DNA of 64,000 bases, taken from NCBI GenBank assembly GCA_964639885.1, contig CAZXEH010000001.1, forward strand, positions 151,205 through 215,204, given 5' to 3'. How positions within the stretch are numbered: the first letter of the stretch is position 1; each line of letters begins with the position of its first letter. This DNA comes from an uncultured Caldisericales bacterium (lineage in GTDB: Bacteria > Caldisericota > Caldisericia > JAAYUI01). The notes below the pieces were generated by a model that did not search any database, was not told the DNA's origin, and saw nothing but the letters and a program-made list of their open reading frames with translations. The position numbers and the translations under genes are program-made. Positions 39,054 to 48,140 of this stretch are shown here, one piece after another.

Positions 39054-42000
39054 AGAGCCACCTCCTCCAACACGGCATCAACCATGTTGACAAGCTGTTT
39101 TGTTGTGAATCCGTACTGTTCCATGGCACCGGATGGACAAGCACCGGCACAGGCACCGCAACCCTTGCAGAGAGCCTCGTCAACCTTGACTCTTCCGCGT
39201 TCGGTTTCCTTGTCGATGATTTCGAGCGAGAGCGCCTGGTATGGGCACATCGGGATGCAAATTCTGCAACCGTCGCAGACATCTGGATTGACCGTTGCGA
39301 TTGCCGCTTCAGCCATGAGGGTGTCCTTGCTGATGATTGTGAGGGCTCTTGCCGATGCAGCCGATGCCTGGGCGATTGTCTCGTCGAGCATCCTCGGGTG
39401 GTATGCCATGCCTGCAAGGAAGATGCCTTCTGTTGCAAAGTCGACCGGTCTGAGTTTGACGTGCGCTTCAAGGAAGAAGCCTTCGTCGTTGGTCGGAACC
39501 TTGAGGAATGTTGACAGAATCTTGTTGTCCGGGTTGGCTTCAACGCCTGCCGAAAGAACAACCATGTCTGCCGGAATCTCAAGCCAGCCATGAAGAACCG
39601 GGTCATGGGTTCTGACTACCAGCTTGCCGTCTTTTTCGATGACTTCCGGCTGGTTCTCGGGATCCCATCTTGAGAAGATGACGCCTTTTTCACGAGCCTT
39701 GTTGTAATAGTGTTCCCTGAAGCCGTAGGTTCTGACGTCTCTGTAAAGGACAAACACTTCAGCCTTCGGGAAGTCTTCCTTGAGAAGGTTTGCGTTTGCC
39801 ATTGCCGTTGAGCAGCAAATCCTTGAACAGTAGGGGTGTTCGTCGTTTCTTGAACCAACGCACTGGATCATTACCACAGTCTTGATGTCTTTTGGAAGTT
39901 CTTTTTTGATGAGCTTTTCCTCAAGCTCGATCTGGGTGATGACCTTTGGATTCTTGCCGTAGAGATATTCTTTTGGCTTGTGCTGGTTGGCGCCGGTTGC
40001 AACGATGATTGAGCCGACCGAGAGTTCCTTTTTCTCGTTGGTTTTTGTGTTCTTGATGACCGGCACAAAGTTTCCAACCGAACCTGAAAGGTCTGAAAGG
40101 ACGGTGTTCTTGAGAACGGTGATGTTTTTGTTTCTCTCAACCTCGAAAATCAAGCTCTTGAGGTATGCCTGCATGTCGCCAACTTCGTTTGTGTAGTAGG
40201 AGTGGTTGAGGTTTCCACCGAGTTTTTCATCTCTCTCGATGACTGTGACCGGGAAGCCGTTCTTTGCGATGTCGAGTGCGGCATTGAGTCCGGCAGCTCC
40301 GCCACCGATGACAAGCGCAGACTGGGTAACCGGAAGCGATGCCCTCTTGAGCGGTTGGAGCATTCTGGTCTTTGCGATTGCAACCCTGACAAGGTCTTTT
40401 GCTTTCTGTGTGGCTTCAGCCGGGGACTGCTGGTGAATCCATGAGCAGTGTTCGCGGATGTTTGCCATTTCGACAAGGTACGGGTTGAGGCCGGTTTCTC
40501 TCAGGGTTTCCTGGAAGAGCGGCTCGTGCGTCCTTGGGGTGCAGGAGGCAATGACCACGCGGTTGAGGTTGTTTTCCTTGATCATCTTGGAGATGAGGCT
40601 CTGTGTGTCCTGTGAGCAGGTGTAGAGGTTGTGCTCTGCGATGATGACGTTCGGAAGTGTTCTTGCATAGTTCATTACGTCGACAACGTCGACCGTGTTT
40701 GCAATGTTGATGCCGCAGTGGCAGACAAAGACGCCAATCCTCGGCTCTTCACCGGCAACGTCTTTTTCTGGCGGATATTCCTTTGCCACAAGGGCTGTCC
40801 TTCTGCCTTCCGCACAGTCGGCGCCGGCTTTTGCTGCTGCACCGATTGCCTGGGCGACTGTTTCAGGAATGTCCTTCGGGCCTTCAAACACGCCGGCAAC
40901 GTAGATTCCCTGACGGCTTGTCTGGAGCGGGTTGGTGTAGTCGGTCTTTGCAAAACCGTCTTCAGTGAGGTCGAGTCCGAGATCGTCGGCAAGTTTTTTC
41001 ACCGATTCGGAAATCTGGAGTCCGACGCTCAGGATGACGAGGTCAAACATCTCGGTCTTTTCAGAGCCGTCTTCGTCCTCGTACCTGATGATGACATTGT
41101 GGCTGTTCGGGTCTTCCATGACTTCTGCGATGCGGTTTCTGATGTAGCGGATTCCCCACTCGCCTTTTGCCCTGTTGTAGTACTGTTCAAAGCCCTTGCC
41201 AACCGCCCTCATGTCCATGATGAAGATGGTTGATTCAATGTCTGGAACGTGTTCCCTGGTCATGATGGCTTCTTTGGTCGCGTACATGCAGCATACGCCT
41301 GAGCAGTAGGGTTTGTTGATCTTTGGATCCCTTGAGCCAACGCACTGAATCCAGGCAATCTTCTTTGGCACCTTGCCATCTGACGGCCTGAGCACGTGTC
41401 CCTGATATGGGCCTGAGGCGTTGAGGATTCTCTCGTACTGGATCGAGCTCAATACATTGGGGAATCTGCCGTAGCCGTATTCCTGCTTGAGTGTCGGGTC
41501 GAATTCCTCGAATCCCGGGCAAAGAATGACCGAGCCGATGTCCAGAGTTTTCTCGGTTTCGGCGTCGTCATACTTTACCGCCTTGGCGAGGCAGACGTTT
41601 TCGCACATCTGGCATCCGATGCAGGCTTCGCGGTCGATTGTGGCAACCAGCGGAATGGCCTGTGGGAATTCGATGTAGATCGCTTTCCTGTTGACAAGCG
41701 ATTCGTTGAATGCGGATTCTCTTTCGATCGGGCAGTAGACCATACAGGTTCCACAGCCGGTGCAAAGCGATCTGTCAACAAATCTTGGGTGCACCTTGAC
41801 TGTTGCCTTGAAATCACCTGGTCTGCCGGTGATCTTTGAGACCTCGGCGTTCGGGATGATGTCGATGTTCTGGTTTCTGCCGCAAGCAACGAGCTTGGGT
41901 GACAGGATGCACATGGAGCAGTCGTTGGTTGGGAATGTCTTGTCGAGCTGCGCCATTACACCGCCGATTGCGGGAGATTTTTCAACCATGTAAACATGGA

Positions 42001-42100
42001 AGCCGGCTTCCACCAGGTCGAGCGATGTCTGGATTCCTCCGATGCCACCGCCGACAACCAGGACTGAACCAGCGCCTTTTACGTTCTTTTTAGTGTCCAT
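39050..42100 (-). CDS. hdrA: Extended HdrA-like flavoprotein (1016 aa): tandem duplicated FAD/thioredoxin-reductase-like HdrA modules plus multiple 4Fe-4S ferredoxin domains
   Basis: Two dinucleotide-binding motifs (VLVVGGGIGG and LVIGGGAAGLNAALDIA). HdrA-type Cys clusters including a C-terminal 2x[4Fe-4S] CDGCRICIPMCP / CKGCGACAGACP. Confidence 0.85.
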   Translation of the reverse strand: MDTKKNVKGAGSVLVVGGGIGGIQTSLDLVEAGFHVYMVEKSPAIGGVMAQLDKTFPTNDCSMCILSPKLVACGRNQNIDIIPNAEVSKITGRPGDFKATVKVHPRFVDRSLCTGCGTCMVYCPIERESAFNESLVNRKAIYIEFPQAIPLVATIDREACIGCQMCENVCLAKAVKYDDAETEKTLDIGSVILCPGFEEFDPTLKQEYGYGRFPNVLSSIQYERILNASGPYQGHVLRPSDGKVPKKIAWIQCVGSRDPKINKPYCSGVCCMYATKEAIMTREHVPDIESTIFIMDMRAVGKGFEQYYNRAKGEWGIRYIRNRIAEVMEDPNSHNVIIRYEDEDGSEKTEMFDLVILSVGLQISESVKKLADDLGLDLTEDGFAKTDYTNPLQTSRQGIYVAGVFEGPKDIPETVAQAIGAAAKAGADCAEGRRTALVAKEYPPEKDVAGEEPRIGVFVCHCGINIANTVDVVDVMNYARTLPNVIIAEHNLYTCSQDTQSLISKMIKENNLNRVVIASCTPRTHEPLFQETLRETGLNPYLVEMANIREHCSWIHQQSPAEATQKAKDLVRVAIAKTRMLQPLKRASLPVTQSALVIGGGAAGLNAALDIAKNGFPVTVIERDEKLGGNLNHSYYTNEVGDMQAYLKSLIFEVERNKNITVLKNTVLSDLSGSVGNFVPVIKNTKTNEKKELSVGSIIVATGANQHKPKEYLYGKNPKVITQIELEEKLIKKELPKDIKTVVMIQCVGSRNDEHPYCSRICCSTAMANANLLKEDFPKAEVFVLYRDVRTYGFREHYYNKAREKGVIFSRWDPENQPEVIEKDGKLVVRTHDPVLHGWLEIPADMVVLSAGVEANPDNKILSTFLKVPTNDEGFFLEAHVKLRPVDFATEGIFLAGMAYHPRMLDETIAQASAASARALTIISKDTLMAEAAIATVNPDVCDGCRICIPMCPYQALSLEIIDKETERGRVKVDEALCKGCGACAGACPSGAMEQYGFTTKQLVNMVDAVLEEVAL

Positions 42101-42116
42101 CTAGTCCCAGCTCCTT

Positions 42117-42893
42117 TCAGGCCTGAATGTACTGGAAGTATCTGCCGGACATGCCAGCCTCATGGACCATTCCCTTATGCTCGAGAAGCTGAACAAGACT
42201 GAACACCTTTGGTTCAGGCATGCCAGCCTGGGTAGCAATCTGCGGTATGGTCATCGGAACTTTTTCAATTGTTGAGAGGACGTGGTAGAGGTTGTATTTG
42301 TCCTCGATTGAATTGAGGATCATCTCATCAAACTGCTCTGCTGAAATGGTCTCGTTGTAAGTGTTGCCAGAGATCGTGAGCTTTGGTTCCTTGCCGACCA
42401 ACCAGCCGATTTCGGGATCGTTGGTGACTTTTCTGGCACAGCAGATGCGGTGTCTTGTCTCTTCAGGGGTGAGGGCTTCAGACGCTGCGGTTCCCAATGG
42501 ACCCAGTGAGAAGACCTTGTTCCTGAACTTGTCCAACGGATCGGCGATCAGCTGGAGGAAGCCGAGAGAGAGTTCAACCCTGCCTGGATCAAAACCTGCA
42601 AAACTGAGGAGGTTCTGGGCAAAGTGAACGCGTCTCTGGGCGATGAGGTTGCCTGTCCTGTAGTTGCACTCAAGCGGAGAGCATCCGGCTACGAAAACGC
42701 CGTCGGCTCCCATCTCAAGGGCTTCAAGGATGTTGTCGGCAAGGATTCTGCCTGAGCAGATGACCCTGACGATCTTGGAGATTCCCTTGTAGGGTGTTCT
42801 GACCGGGCCCACGAGGTCGCCTGAGGCCGAGGAGCACCAGTTGCAGACAAACGCCACTACTTTTGGTACATATCTTTTTTTAGTATCTGCCAT
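42117..42893 (-). CDS. MvhD/FlxD-like domain fused to a C-terminal winged-helix-like domain
   Basis: N-terminus VVAFVCNWCSSASGD...CSGRI...GADGVFVAGCSPLECNY (MvhD fold). The C-terminal ~100 aa carries the HTH-like LYHVLSTIEKVPMTIPQIATQAGMPEPKVFSLVQLLEHKGMV. Confidence 0.65.
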   Translation of the reverse strand: MADTKKRYVPKVVAFVCNWCSSASGDLVGPVRTPYKGISKIVRVICSGRILADNILEALEMGADGVFVAGCSPLECNYRTGNLIAQRRVHFAQNLLSFAGFDPGRVELSLGFLQLIADPLDKFRNKVFSLGPLGTAASEALTPEETRHRICCARKVTNDPEIGWLVGKEPKLTISGNTYNETISAEQFDEMILNSIEDKYNLYHVLSTIEKVPMTIPQIATQAGMPEPKVFSLVQLLEHKGMVHEAGMSGRYFQYIQA

Positions 42894-42902
42894 CTGTCCT
42901 CC

Positions 42903-43562
42903 TTAAAAGCTCTCAATGACTTCCCTGACGTGGTCGGTCAGCTTGTCGGTGGTGTGGAAGTTCATGAAGATCGCACCATACGGGCAGGAGGTTGCACAAA
43001 GTGAGCATCCCCTGCACAGATCACGGTTTGTTCTCGACTTGAGACCGCGTTCTGTCTGAACCATTGTGATGGCCGTAAATGGGCAGACTTCGACACAGAG
43101 GCCACAACCAACGCAAAGGTTGTCGTCTCTCATCTCGACTTCTTCGAAAATGAGGGCGTCCTTCGGGCAGGCATCAACACAAGCCGGTACATCGAGGTCA
43201 AGGCAGCGGTCGCACTTGAGAACGTGTGTGTAGTCTTCGTTTGGAAGGACTCCGCCGTACGGGCAGTTCATTACACACATCCAGCAGGCGATGCACTTGT
43301 CGTAGTCAATGTTGACCATGCCGGTTTCAGTGTCATAGTGCATTGCTCCTGTCATGCAGGCGGTGACGCACGGGGCATCATCGCAGTGACGGCAGCGGAG
43401 CGGATATGGCCTCGTTCCGGCAAGTTCGACGTGAACCCTCTGTTTTGTGAGTTCCTTCTCTATGCCGTCACCGTTGGTGTCGGCCGAGTGCTTCTTGAGG
43501 CATGCCCTTTCGCAGAGCCTGCATCCAACGCACTTTTCAAAATCCACTAGGATAGTTTTCAT
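42903..43562 (-). CDS. Polyferredoxin (multiple 4Fe-4S dicluster domains), FlxB/C- or MvhB-like
   Basis: At least four CxxCxxCxxxCP-type motifs (CVGCRLCERAC, CIACWMCVMNCP, CVGCGLCVEVCP, CRGCSLCATSCP). Confidence 0.8.
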   Translation of the reverse strand: MKTILVDFEKCVGCRLCERACLKKHSADTNGDGIEKELTKQRVHVELAGTRPYPLRCRHCDDAPCVTACMTGAMHYDTETGMVNIDYDKCIACWMCVMNCPYGGVLPNEDYTHVLKCDRCLDLDVPACVDACPKDALIFEEVEMRDDNLCVGCGLCVEVCPFTAITMVQTERGLKSRTNRDLCRGCSLCATSCPYGAIFMNFHTTDKLTDHVREVIESF

Positions 43563-43575
43563 TTCTCCAAGCCTC

Positions 43576-44811
43576 CTAGAAGATCAGAAGTGCGAGTTTG
43601 TCTTCAAGCACTTCTTCCTTGTGTCCTTTTATTGTGATCTGCTTTTTGACCAAACCGTTGATGGTTCCGATTGTGGCGATCTTTCCAACGAAGAGGGCGC
43701 CGGCAATCCTGTCATTCTGGATGACAACCTTGCGGTAAAGACCATCCTTGATGTTCTGTGAAATCATTACTTCGTGGGTTCCGCCTGTTGGTCTCACATC
43801 TCCGATGCTGATGCAGGAGAGGCCGTAGAACTGGAACGAGTTCATCCAGAACCAACCGCGGTATTCTTTTGGAATGCCGACCATGTTGAGTCCGGCAACC
43901 TGTCCCTGTTCGGAAGCCCTTGGCCAGACCAGGTTTGTTGTCGATCTACCAAACGATTCCTCGTAGGTCTCGGTGCAGTCGCCTGCTGCCCAGACATTTG
44001 GAATGTTTGTTCTCATGTGCTTGTCAACGACAATGCCTGATCCGCACTTGATTTCTGTGCCTCTAACGTATTTGAGGTCTGGGGCTACGCCTTTTGCCAG
44101 AACGACGATGTCTGTTTCGTGTTCGTCGCCTGATTCGAGAACCACGCCTTCAACCTTGCCGTTGCCGGTGATTGCGGTAACAGAAGTGTTTAGGATGATC
44201 CTGATTCCCTTGCGGTCGAGTCTCCTCTTGACGATTGATGCTGCTGTTTCGTCAAGGAGCTGGCTCATTATCTGTCCTGATGCGATTACACATGTTACAT
44301 CGACGCCAGCATCAACGAGACCCTGACAGGCCTTGAGACCGACTAGTCCGCCACCGACCACGACAGCCCTTTTGACCTGACCTTTTTTGATCATTTCCAT
44401 GATCTCAAGTGTCGGCCCAAGGTGTGTGAAGGTGAAGACGCCAGGAAGGTTTGCGCCTGGTGTGTCTGGGATTTGTGTCTTTCCGCCTGTTGCGATGAGG
44501 AGCTTCTCATAAGCGATTTCAGTTCCGTCGTTTAGGGCGAGTTTATTTTCAATCGGCATGTACTTGATGACAGGCTGACCGAGCATGAGCTTTATGTTTC
44601 TCTTGTCGTACCAGTCTTTTTCGTGGTAGTACATCTTGTCCTGAGTGGTCTCTCCGCCGATGAGATAGGAGATAAGCGGTCTGGAGTAGCTGAGATAAGG
44701 CTCTTCGGAGATGATCAGGATTTGGTTTTCCTTGTCGTGGAGGCGGATGGTGTCGGCGGCCCTGAGTCCGGCGATTCCATTACCTACGATGACATATTTG
44801 TATTTTTCCAT
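43576..44811 (-). CDS. FAD-dependent pyridine nucleotide-disulfide oxidoreductase family protein (NAD(P)H-binding flavoprotein; probable NAD(P)H input module)
   Basis: FAD motif YVIVGNGIAGLRAA. NAD motif AVVVGGGLVGLKACQGL. C-terminal WAAGDC. Confidence 0.8.
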   Translation of the reverse strand: MEKYKYVIVGNGIAGLRAADTIRLHDKENQILIISEEPYLSYSRPLISYLIGGETTQDKMYYHEKDWYDKRNIKLMLGQPVIKYMPIENKLALNDGTEIAYEKLLIATGGKTQIPDTPGANLPGVFTFTHLGPTLEIMEMIKKGQVKRAVVVGGGLVGLKACQGLVDAGVDVTCVIASGQIMSQLLDETAASIVKRRLDRKGIRIILNTSVTAITGNGKVEGVVLESGDEHETDIVVLAKGVAPDLKYVRGTEIKCGSGIVVDKHMRTNIPNVWAAGDCTETYEESFGRSTTNLVWPRASEQGQVAGLNMVGIPKEYRGWFWMNSFQFYGLSCISIGDVRPTGGTHEVMISQNIKDGLYRKVVIQNDRIAGALFVGKIATIGTINGLVKKQITIKGHKEEVLEDKLALLIF

Positions 44812-44819
44812 CGCCCCTC

Positions 44820-45728
44820 CTACTGTGCCGCGGCTGCCGGAGCCGGAGCGAACTTTTCAAGCAATGATTTCGGCTTGATCTTGTGCTGTGAGAAGCCGAG
44901 ATCGGCATCGGGAATGCCAAGTGCGAGTCCAAGAATCTGCGGGAGGAAGAGAACCGGAATGTCAATTGCTTTTCCGGTGTCACGCTCGAGCTTTTTCTGG
45001 TGGGCTTCGTACTGGATGTTGCAGAACGGGCAGTGGAGAACGAGTCCGTCAACGTCGCCTGCATACTGTTTGATTCTGTCGAGTTTGCCGGCTGCGATTG
45101 AAACGGCCGTGTTTTCCTTGATGCCAAGGATACCGCCGCCGCAGCACTCGTTCGGGTTGGCGATTGTCTTGACGGTTGCGCCTGTTGCCTTGATGAGTTC
45201 ATTGAGAGTGGCAGGAGCTTCCGGATTGTCAAACTTGCCAAACACTTCTGACGGCTTGAGATAGTGGCAGCCGGAGTGGGTGACGAAGGTTGCGCCCTTG
45301 AGCGGTTTTACAACCTTTTTCTTGATGCCTGCCGGGCCAATTTTTTCAGCCAGGAGCTTTGTGAAATGGATGACTTTTGCTTCGCCCTTGTAGCCTTTTT
45401 TACCAATCTTGGCAAGTTCGGCGTTGATTTTTTCACGTTCGGCCTTGTCGTGTCTGAGGTGTTCAGAAACTTCCGAGAGGGTTGAGTTGCAGGCGGAGCA
45501 GAGAGTGACTATGTCGAGACCCATCTCTTCAGCCTGTGCCAGCGCTCCGGCGGACATGACCATTGAGGCGTGCCTGTTGACGTTGACCATTGGCATTCCG
45601 CAGCATGAGGCGCCTGGCATGTCGACAAGTTCTATTCCGAGCTTCTCAGCGACTTTCCTTGCAGAAAGCTCATAGTGGAGAGCGCGTGCTGGTATGGTGC
45701 AACCTAGAAAGAGAGCGTACTTCATCAC
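44820..45728 (-). CDS. hdrB: Heterodisulfide reductase subunit B (two CCG domains)
   Basis: Cys-rich CCG motifs (ASCCGMP...TLCSACN and ECCGGGILG...LHCPFCN). Confidence 0.88.
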   Translation of the reverse strand: MMKYALFLGCTIPARALHYELSARKVAEKLGIELVDMPGASCCGMPMVNVNRHASMVMSAGALAQAEEMGLDIVTLCSACNSTLSEVSEHLRHDKAEREKINAELAKIGKKGYKGEAKVIHFTKLLAEKIGPAGIKKKVVKPLKGATFVTHSGCHYLKPSEVFGKFDNPEAPATLNELIKATGATVKTIANPNECCGGGILGIKENTAVSIAAGKLDRIKQYAGDVDGLVLHCPFCNIQYEAHQKKLERDTGKAIDIPVLFLPQILGLALGIPDADLGFSQHKIKPKSLLEKFAPAPAAAAQ

Positions 45729-46237
45729 TTGGCCTCCTTCTTAAGATCGTTTGATACAAGAACCGCCTCGATGAATTCCTTCTTGTTTTCGAGGGCTGGA
45801 AGTCCCATTTTTGCTCTCTTTTTGTTGTCGAAATCGGAGACCTCGTACATCCTGCCAAAGTTTGCCAGCACGTCTATCTGTGGAGTGTATGAAGGATGCA
45901 TGTGACCCTCGCGTGTTGCCAGATTTTTGAGCGCAAACATAAGGTCTGTAATCCCGACATCCTGTGGACAGCGTTCCTGGCAGGTGTAGCAATAGGTACA
46001 CAACCAGATGGGTTCATTGCCCAGCACTTCGTCTCTCATGCCCAAAAGCACCATTCTGATGATTTTTCTTGGATTGTAACTCTCATCGGTTGCTCTTACC
46101 GGACAGGAGGCTGTGCAGGTACCGCACTGGAAACAGCTTTTGATGCGTTCACCACCGGCAAGGCCAGCAACCTCGTACTTGAAGTTGGGGTTCAGGCTTT
46201 TTACCGGGATGGTGGCGGCGTCTTTCTGCTCACTCAC
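45725..46237 (-). CDS. hdrC: Heterodisulfide reductase subunit C (2x[4Fe-4S])
   Basis: CFQCGTCTASCP and CTYCYTCQERCP motifs. Overlaps the hdrB start. Confidence 0.88.
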   Translation of the reverse strand: MSEQKDAATIPVKSLNPNFKYEVAGLAGGERIKSCFQCGTCTASCPVRATDESYNPRKIIRMVLLGMRDEVLGNEPIWLCTYCYTCQERCPQDVGITDLMFALKNLATREGHMHPSYTPQIDVLANFGRMYEVSDFDNKKRAKMGLPALENKKEFIEAVLVSNDLKKEAK

Positions 46238-46411
46238 AAAATCACCCCTTTCAACAAATAATAATTGTCAATCTTTTTTAGAAAAAATGCTTTACACACA
46301 AACAAGATTGTATTTTCTAAAAAACTAGCAGTCAAGTGGAAATCGAAGGGTTTCAACGGTTAAAATAGGGTAAATGATCCAACCAAATTTTTGTCAATGC
46401 TGTATTCCTGT

Positions 46412-46429
46412 TTGTCAAGGCTTGACCAA
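46412..46429. promoter_or_regulatory. Palindrome TTGTCAAG-G-CTTGACCA in the divergent hdrC/46457 promoter region
   Basis: GTCAAG-G-CTTGAC is perfect at 46414-46426. Further TTGTCAA copies lie at about 46263 and 46391. It overlaps the -35 of the plus-strand promoter. Confidence 0.35.
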
Positions 46430-46450
46430 TAGAGATGGTTTCTATAGAAT
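46422..46450 (+). promoter_or_regulatory. Sigma70-like promoter TTGACC-17-TAGAAT placed 6 nt before the ATG at 46457 (leaderless candidate)
   Basis: Hexamers at 46422-46427 and 46445-46450. No SD. Confidence 0.5.
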
Positions 46451-46456
46451 CTGCAC

Positions 46457-46873
46457 ATGAACGAGATAGATAAAACCACTGCCCAGCAACCAGCACCAAG
46501 ACCGGAAATCAACGAAGATTCCAGACTTTTTTCAGTCCTTTCACATGCCACGATGGGGCTTGTCGGACTGCTAGTAATGTTCGGAGTGTTTGAACCAGTC
46601 AGGGGAAACCGATTTGCCGGCAAGCACGCAGTGTCATCGGTGATAAATGGAGCTATCATGGCCGTTGTTTTGCTGCTGTGGTACCTGATATATCAGGGTG
46701 TTGGCCAGTTCACTGGACCACAGAATGTTTTCTTCGTCTACCAGTATGGCCTGATGGGCATGCTGGTTATGTTCTATGGAACCGCCTTCTGGAGCGCAAT
46801 CAAGGCAAACAAGGGTGGCTATGCCAACATCATCTGGGTATCCCCAATAGTTAACAGGATTTTCAGAGGCTAA
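46457..46873 (+). CDS. Small integral membrane protein (DUF4870-like guess)
   Basis: 138 aa with three hydrophobic helices after a polar N-terminal tail. Confidence 0.45.
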   Translation: MNEIDKTTAQQPAPRPEINEDSRLFSVLSHATMGLVGLLVMFGVFEPVRGNRFAGKHAVSSVINGAIMAVVLLLWYLIYQGVGQFTGPQNVFFVYQYGLMGMLVMFYGTAFWSAIKANKGGYANIIWVSPIVNRIFRG

Positions 46874-46898
46874 CGCAAGCATTTCATTTGGGGGGTAT

Positions 46899-48134
46899 AT
46901 GAAAAAGTTCGTATCGATGGCAATTGTCGCGTTGTTGGTGGTTCTGGCAGATTGCCAGTCGATGGAAACAAAGGTATTTGTTGAGAAATTTTCATTAAAC
47001 TCTCAGCAATCCGATGGTTTTTCATTTACAAAACCTCAGATGTCAGCATACGATGGGTATTTTGTTGTGCATTCGCTTGGCAAGACAAAACCTCATGAAT
47101 CATCTTTCAAATGTCTTGATCTCAACAAAGGTGTTTTCACGTGGTTCCTCAATGTTGGTGTCGATGTGGTGCCAAATGAAGATTTTGATATAGGTTTCAA
47201 GGCTTTTAATGACAGACTTTACGTAAATCAGGGAGATACCTTTTGCAGGTTTGATCTCAAAACGGGCGGCCCCGTTTGGCAAACGAAAGAGAAAATAGAT
47301 TATGTGTTAAAGGCTGAACAGGACAAGATATTTTGCTTATCGCCCAAGATGACGGACAACGGGTTGGAATATCGAAAACTGCTGTGCTTCTGCTCAAATA
47401 AGGGAGAAATGTTGTGGTCTTCAAAAATACCCCAAGATTCCAATGATGTTAGAGTTGGTGAATCCGAGGTGGTGTATTTTACAAAAACACAAAAGCCGAT
47501 ATCCGTTCACGTTTTGTCAAAAGAAACAGGATCGCAGCTACAGAAGCTTCTTTCCATCACAAAAGTGATCCATAACCTCGATAACCCATCCAATTTTGGT
47601 TACATACGGGGCAATCAGATTCTAATGCATACGTCAAACAGTGAGGAAGTGTTACTGAATTTGGATAATATGCCTGTGTTGGATAAAGTAGAGTTTATTA
47701 TTGAAAACAACAGACTTTACATCGGGTCAACTGAAAAAAAACAATTTGACTGTTACACCACTGATGGCAAAAAAGTATGGTCAAGAGACCTAGGGGTAAT
47801 GGATATGATCGCCAGGACTAAATGTTTGGATTGTTTCATAACCTCGAGCTCAAAAAATGAATATCAAGTCGAGGGCATCGATCCGGTTACTGGCAAAAAG
47901 ATATGGAATGACAAGATATCTCTGGATAACCGCCCTTCAGTGGTTACGTCTGGTGATTATGCAATTTATCAAGCAGACTATTACAAAGTGTTGATTCGTC
48001 AGATTGAAACAGGCGAAGTTGTCCAAAGCCTCAAATTTTCTGAAAGAGTTAACAGTGTGTGGGGTATCCCTGGGTTTGGTATAATGGTTGCATGTGCTGA
48101 CAGCAAACTTCATTTCTTGGTAAAAACCGAATAA
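46899..48134 (+). CDS. Lipoprotein with PQQ-like beta-propeller repeats
   Basis: Signal and lipobox-like VLADC. Recurring G-x-x-W/VW repeat units (GGPVWQ, GEMLWSS, GKKVWSRDLG, GKKIWNDKI). Confidence 0.5.
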   Translation: MKKFVSMAIVALLVVLADCQSMETKVFVEKFSLNSQQSDGFSFTKPQMSAYDGYFVVHSLGKTKPHESSFKCLDLNKGVFTWFLNVGVDVVPNEDFDIGFKAFNDRLYVNQGDTFCRFDLKTGGPVWQTKEKIDYVLKAEQDKIFCLSPKMTDNGLEYRKLLCFCSNKGEMLWSSKIPQDSNDVRVGESEVVYFTKTQKPISVHVLSKETGSQLQKLLSITKVIHNLDNPSNFGYIRGNQILMHTSNSEEVLLNLDNMPVLDKVEFIIENNRLYIGSTEKKQFDCYTTDGKKVWSRDLGVMDMIARTKCLDCFITSSSKNEYQVEGIDPVTGKKIWNDKISLDNRPSVVTSGDYAIYQADYYKVLIRQIETGEVVQSLKFSERVNSVWGIPGFGIMVACADSKLHFLVKTE

Positions 48135-48140
48135 ATGAGT

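Noticed and set aside
39084-41233. Multiple 100-200-aa ORFs in alternative frames across hdrA (Ala/Ser/Pro/Arg-rich)
   Set aside because: These are typical spurious ORFs in moderately GC-rich coding DNA. hdrA on the minus strand is well supported.
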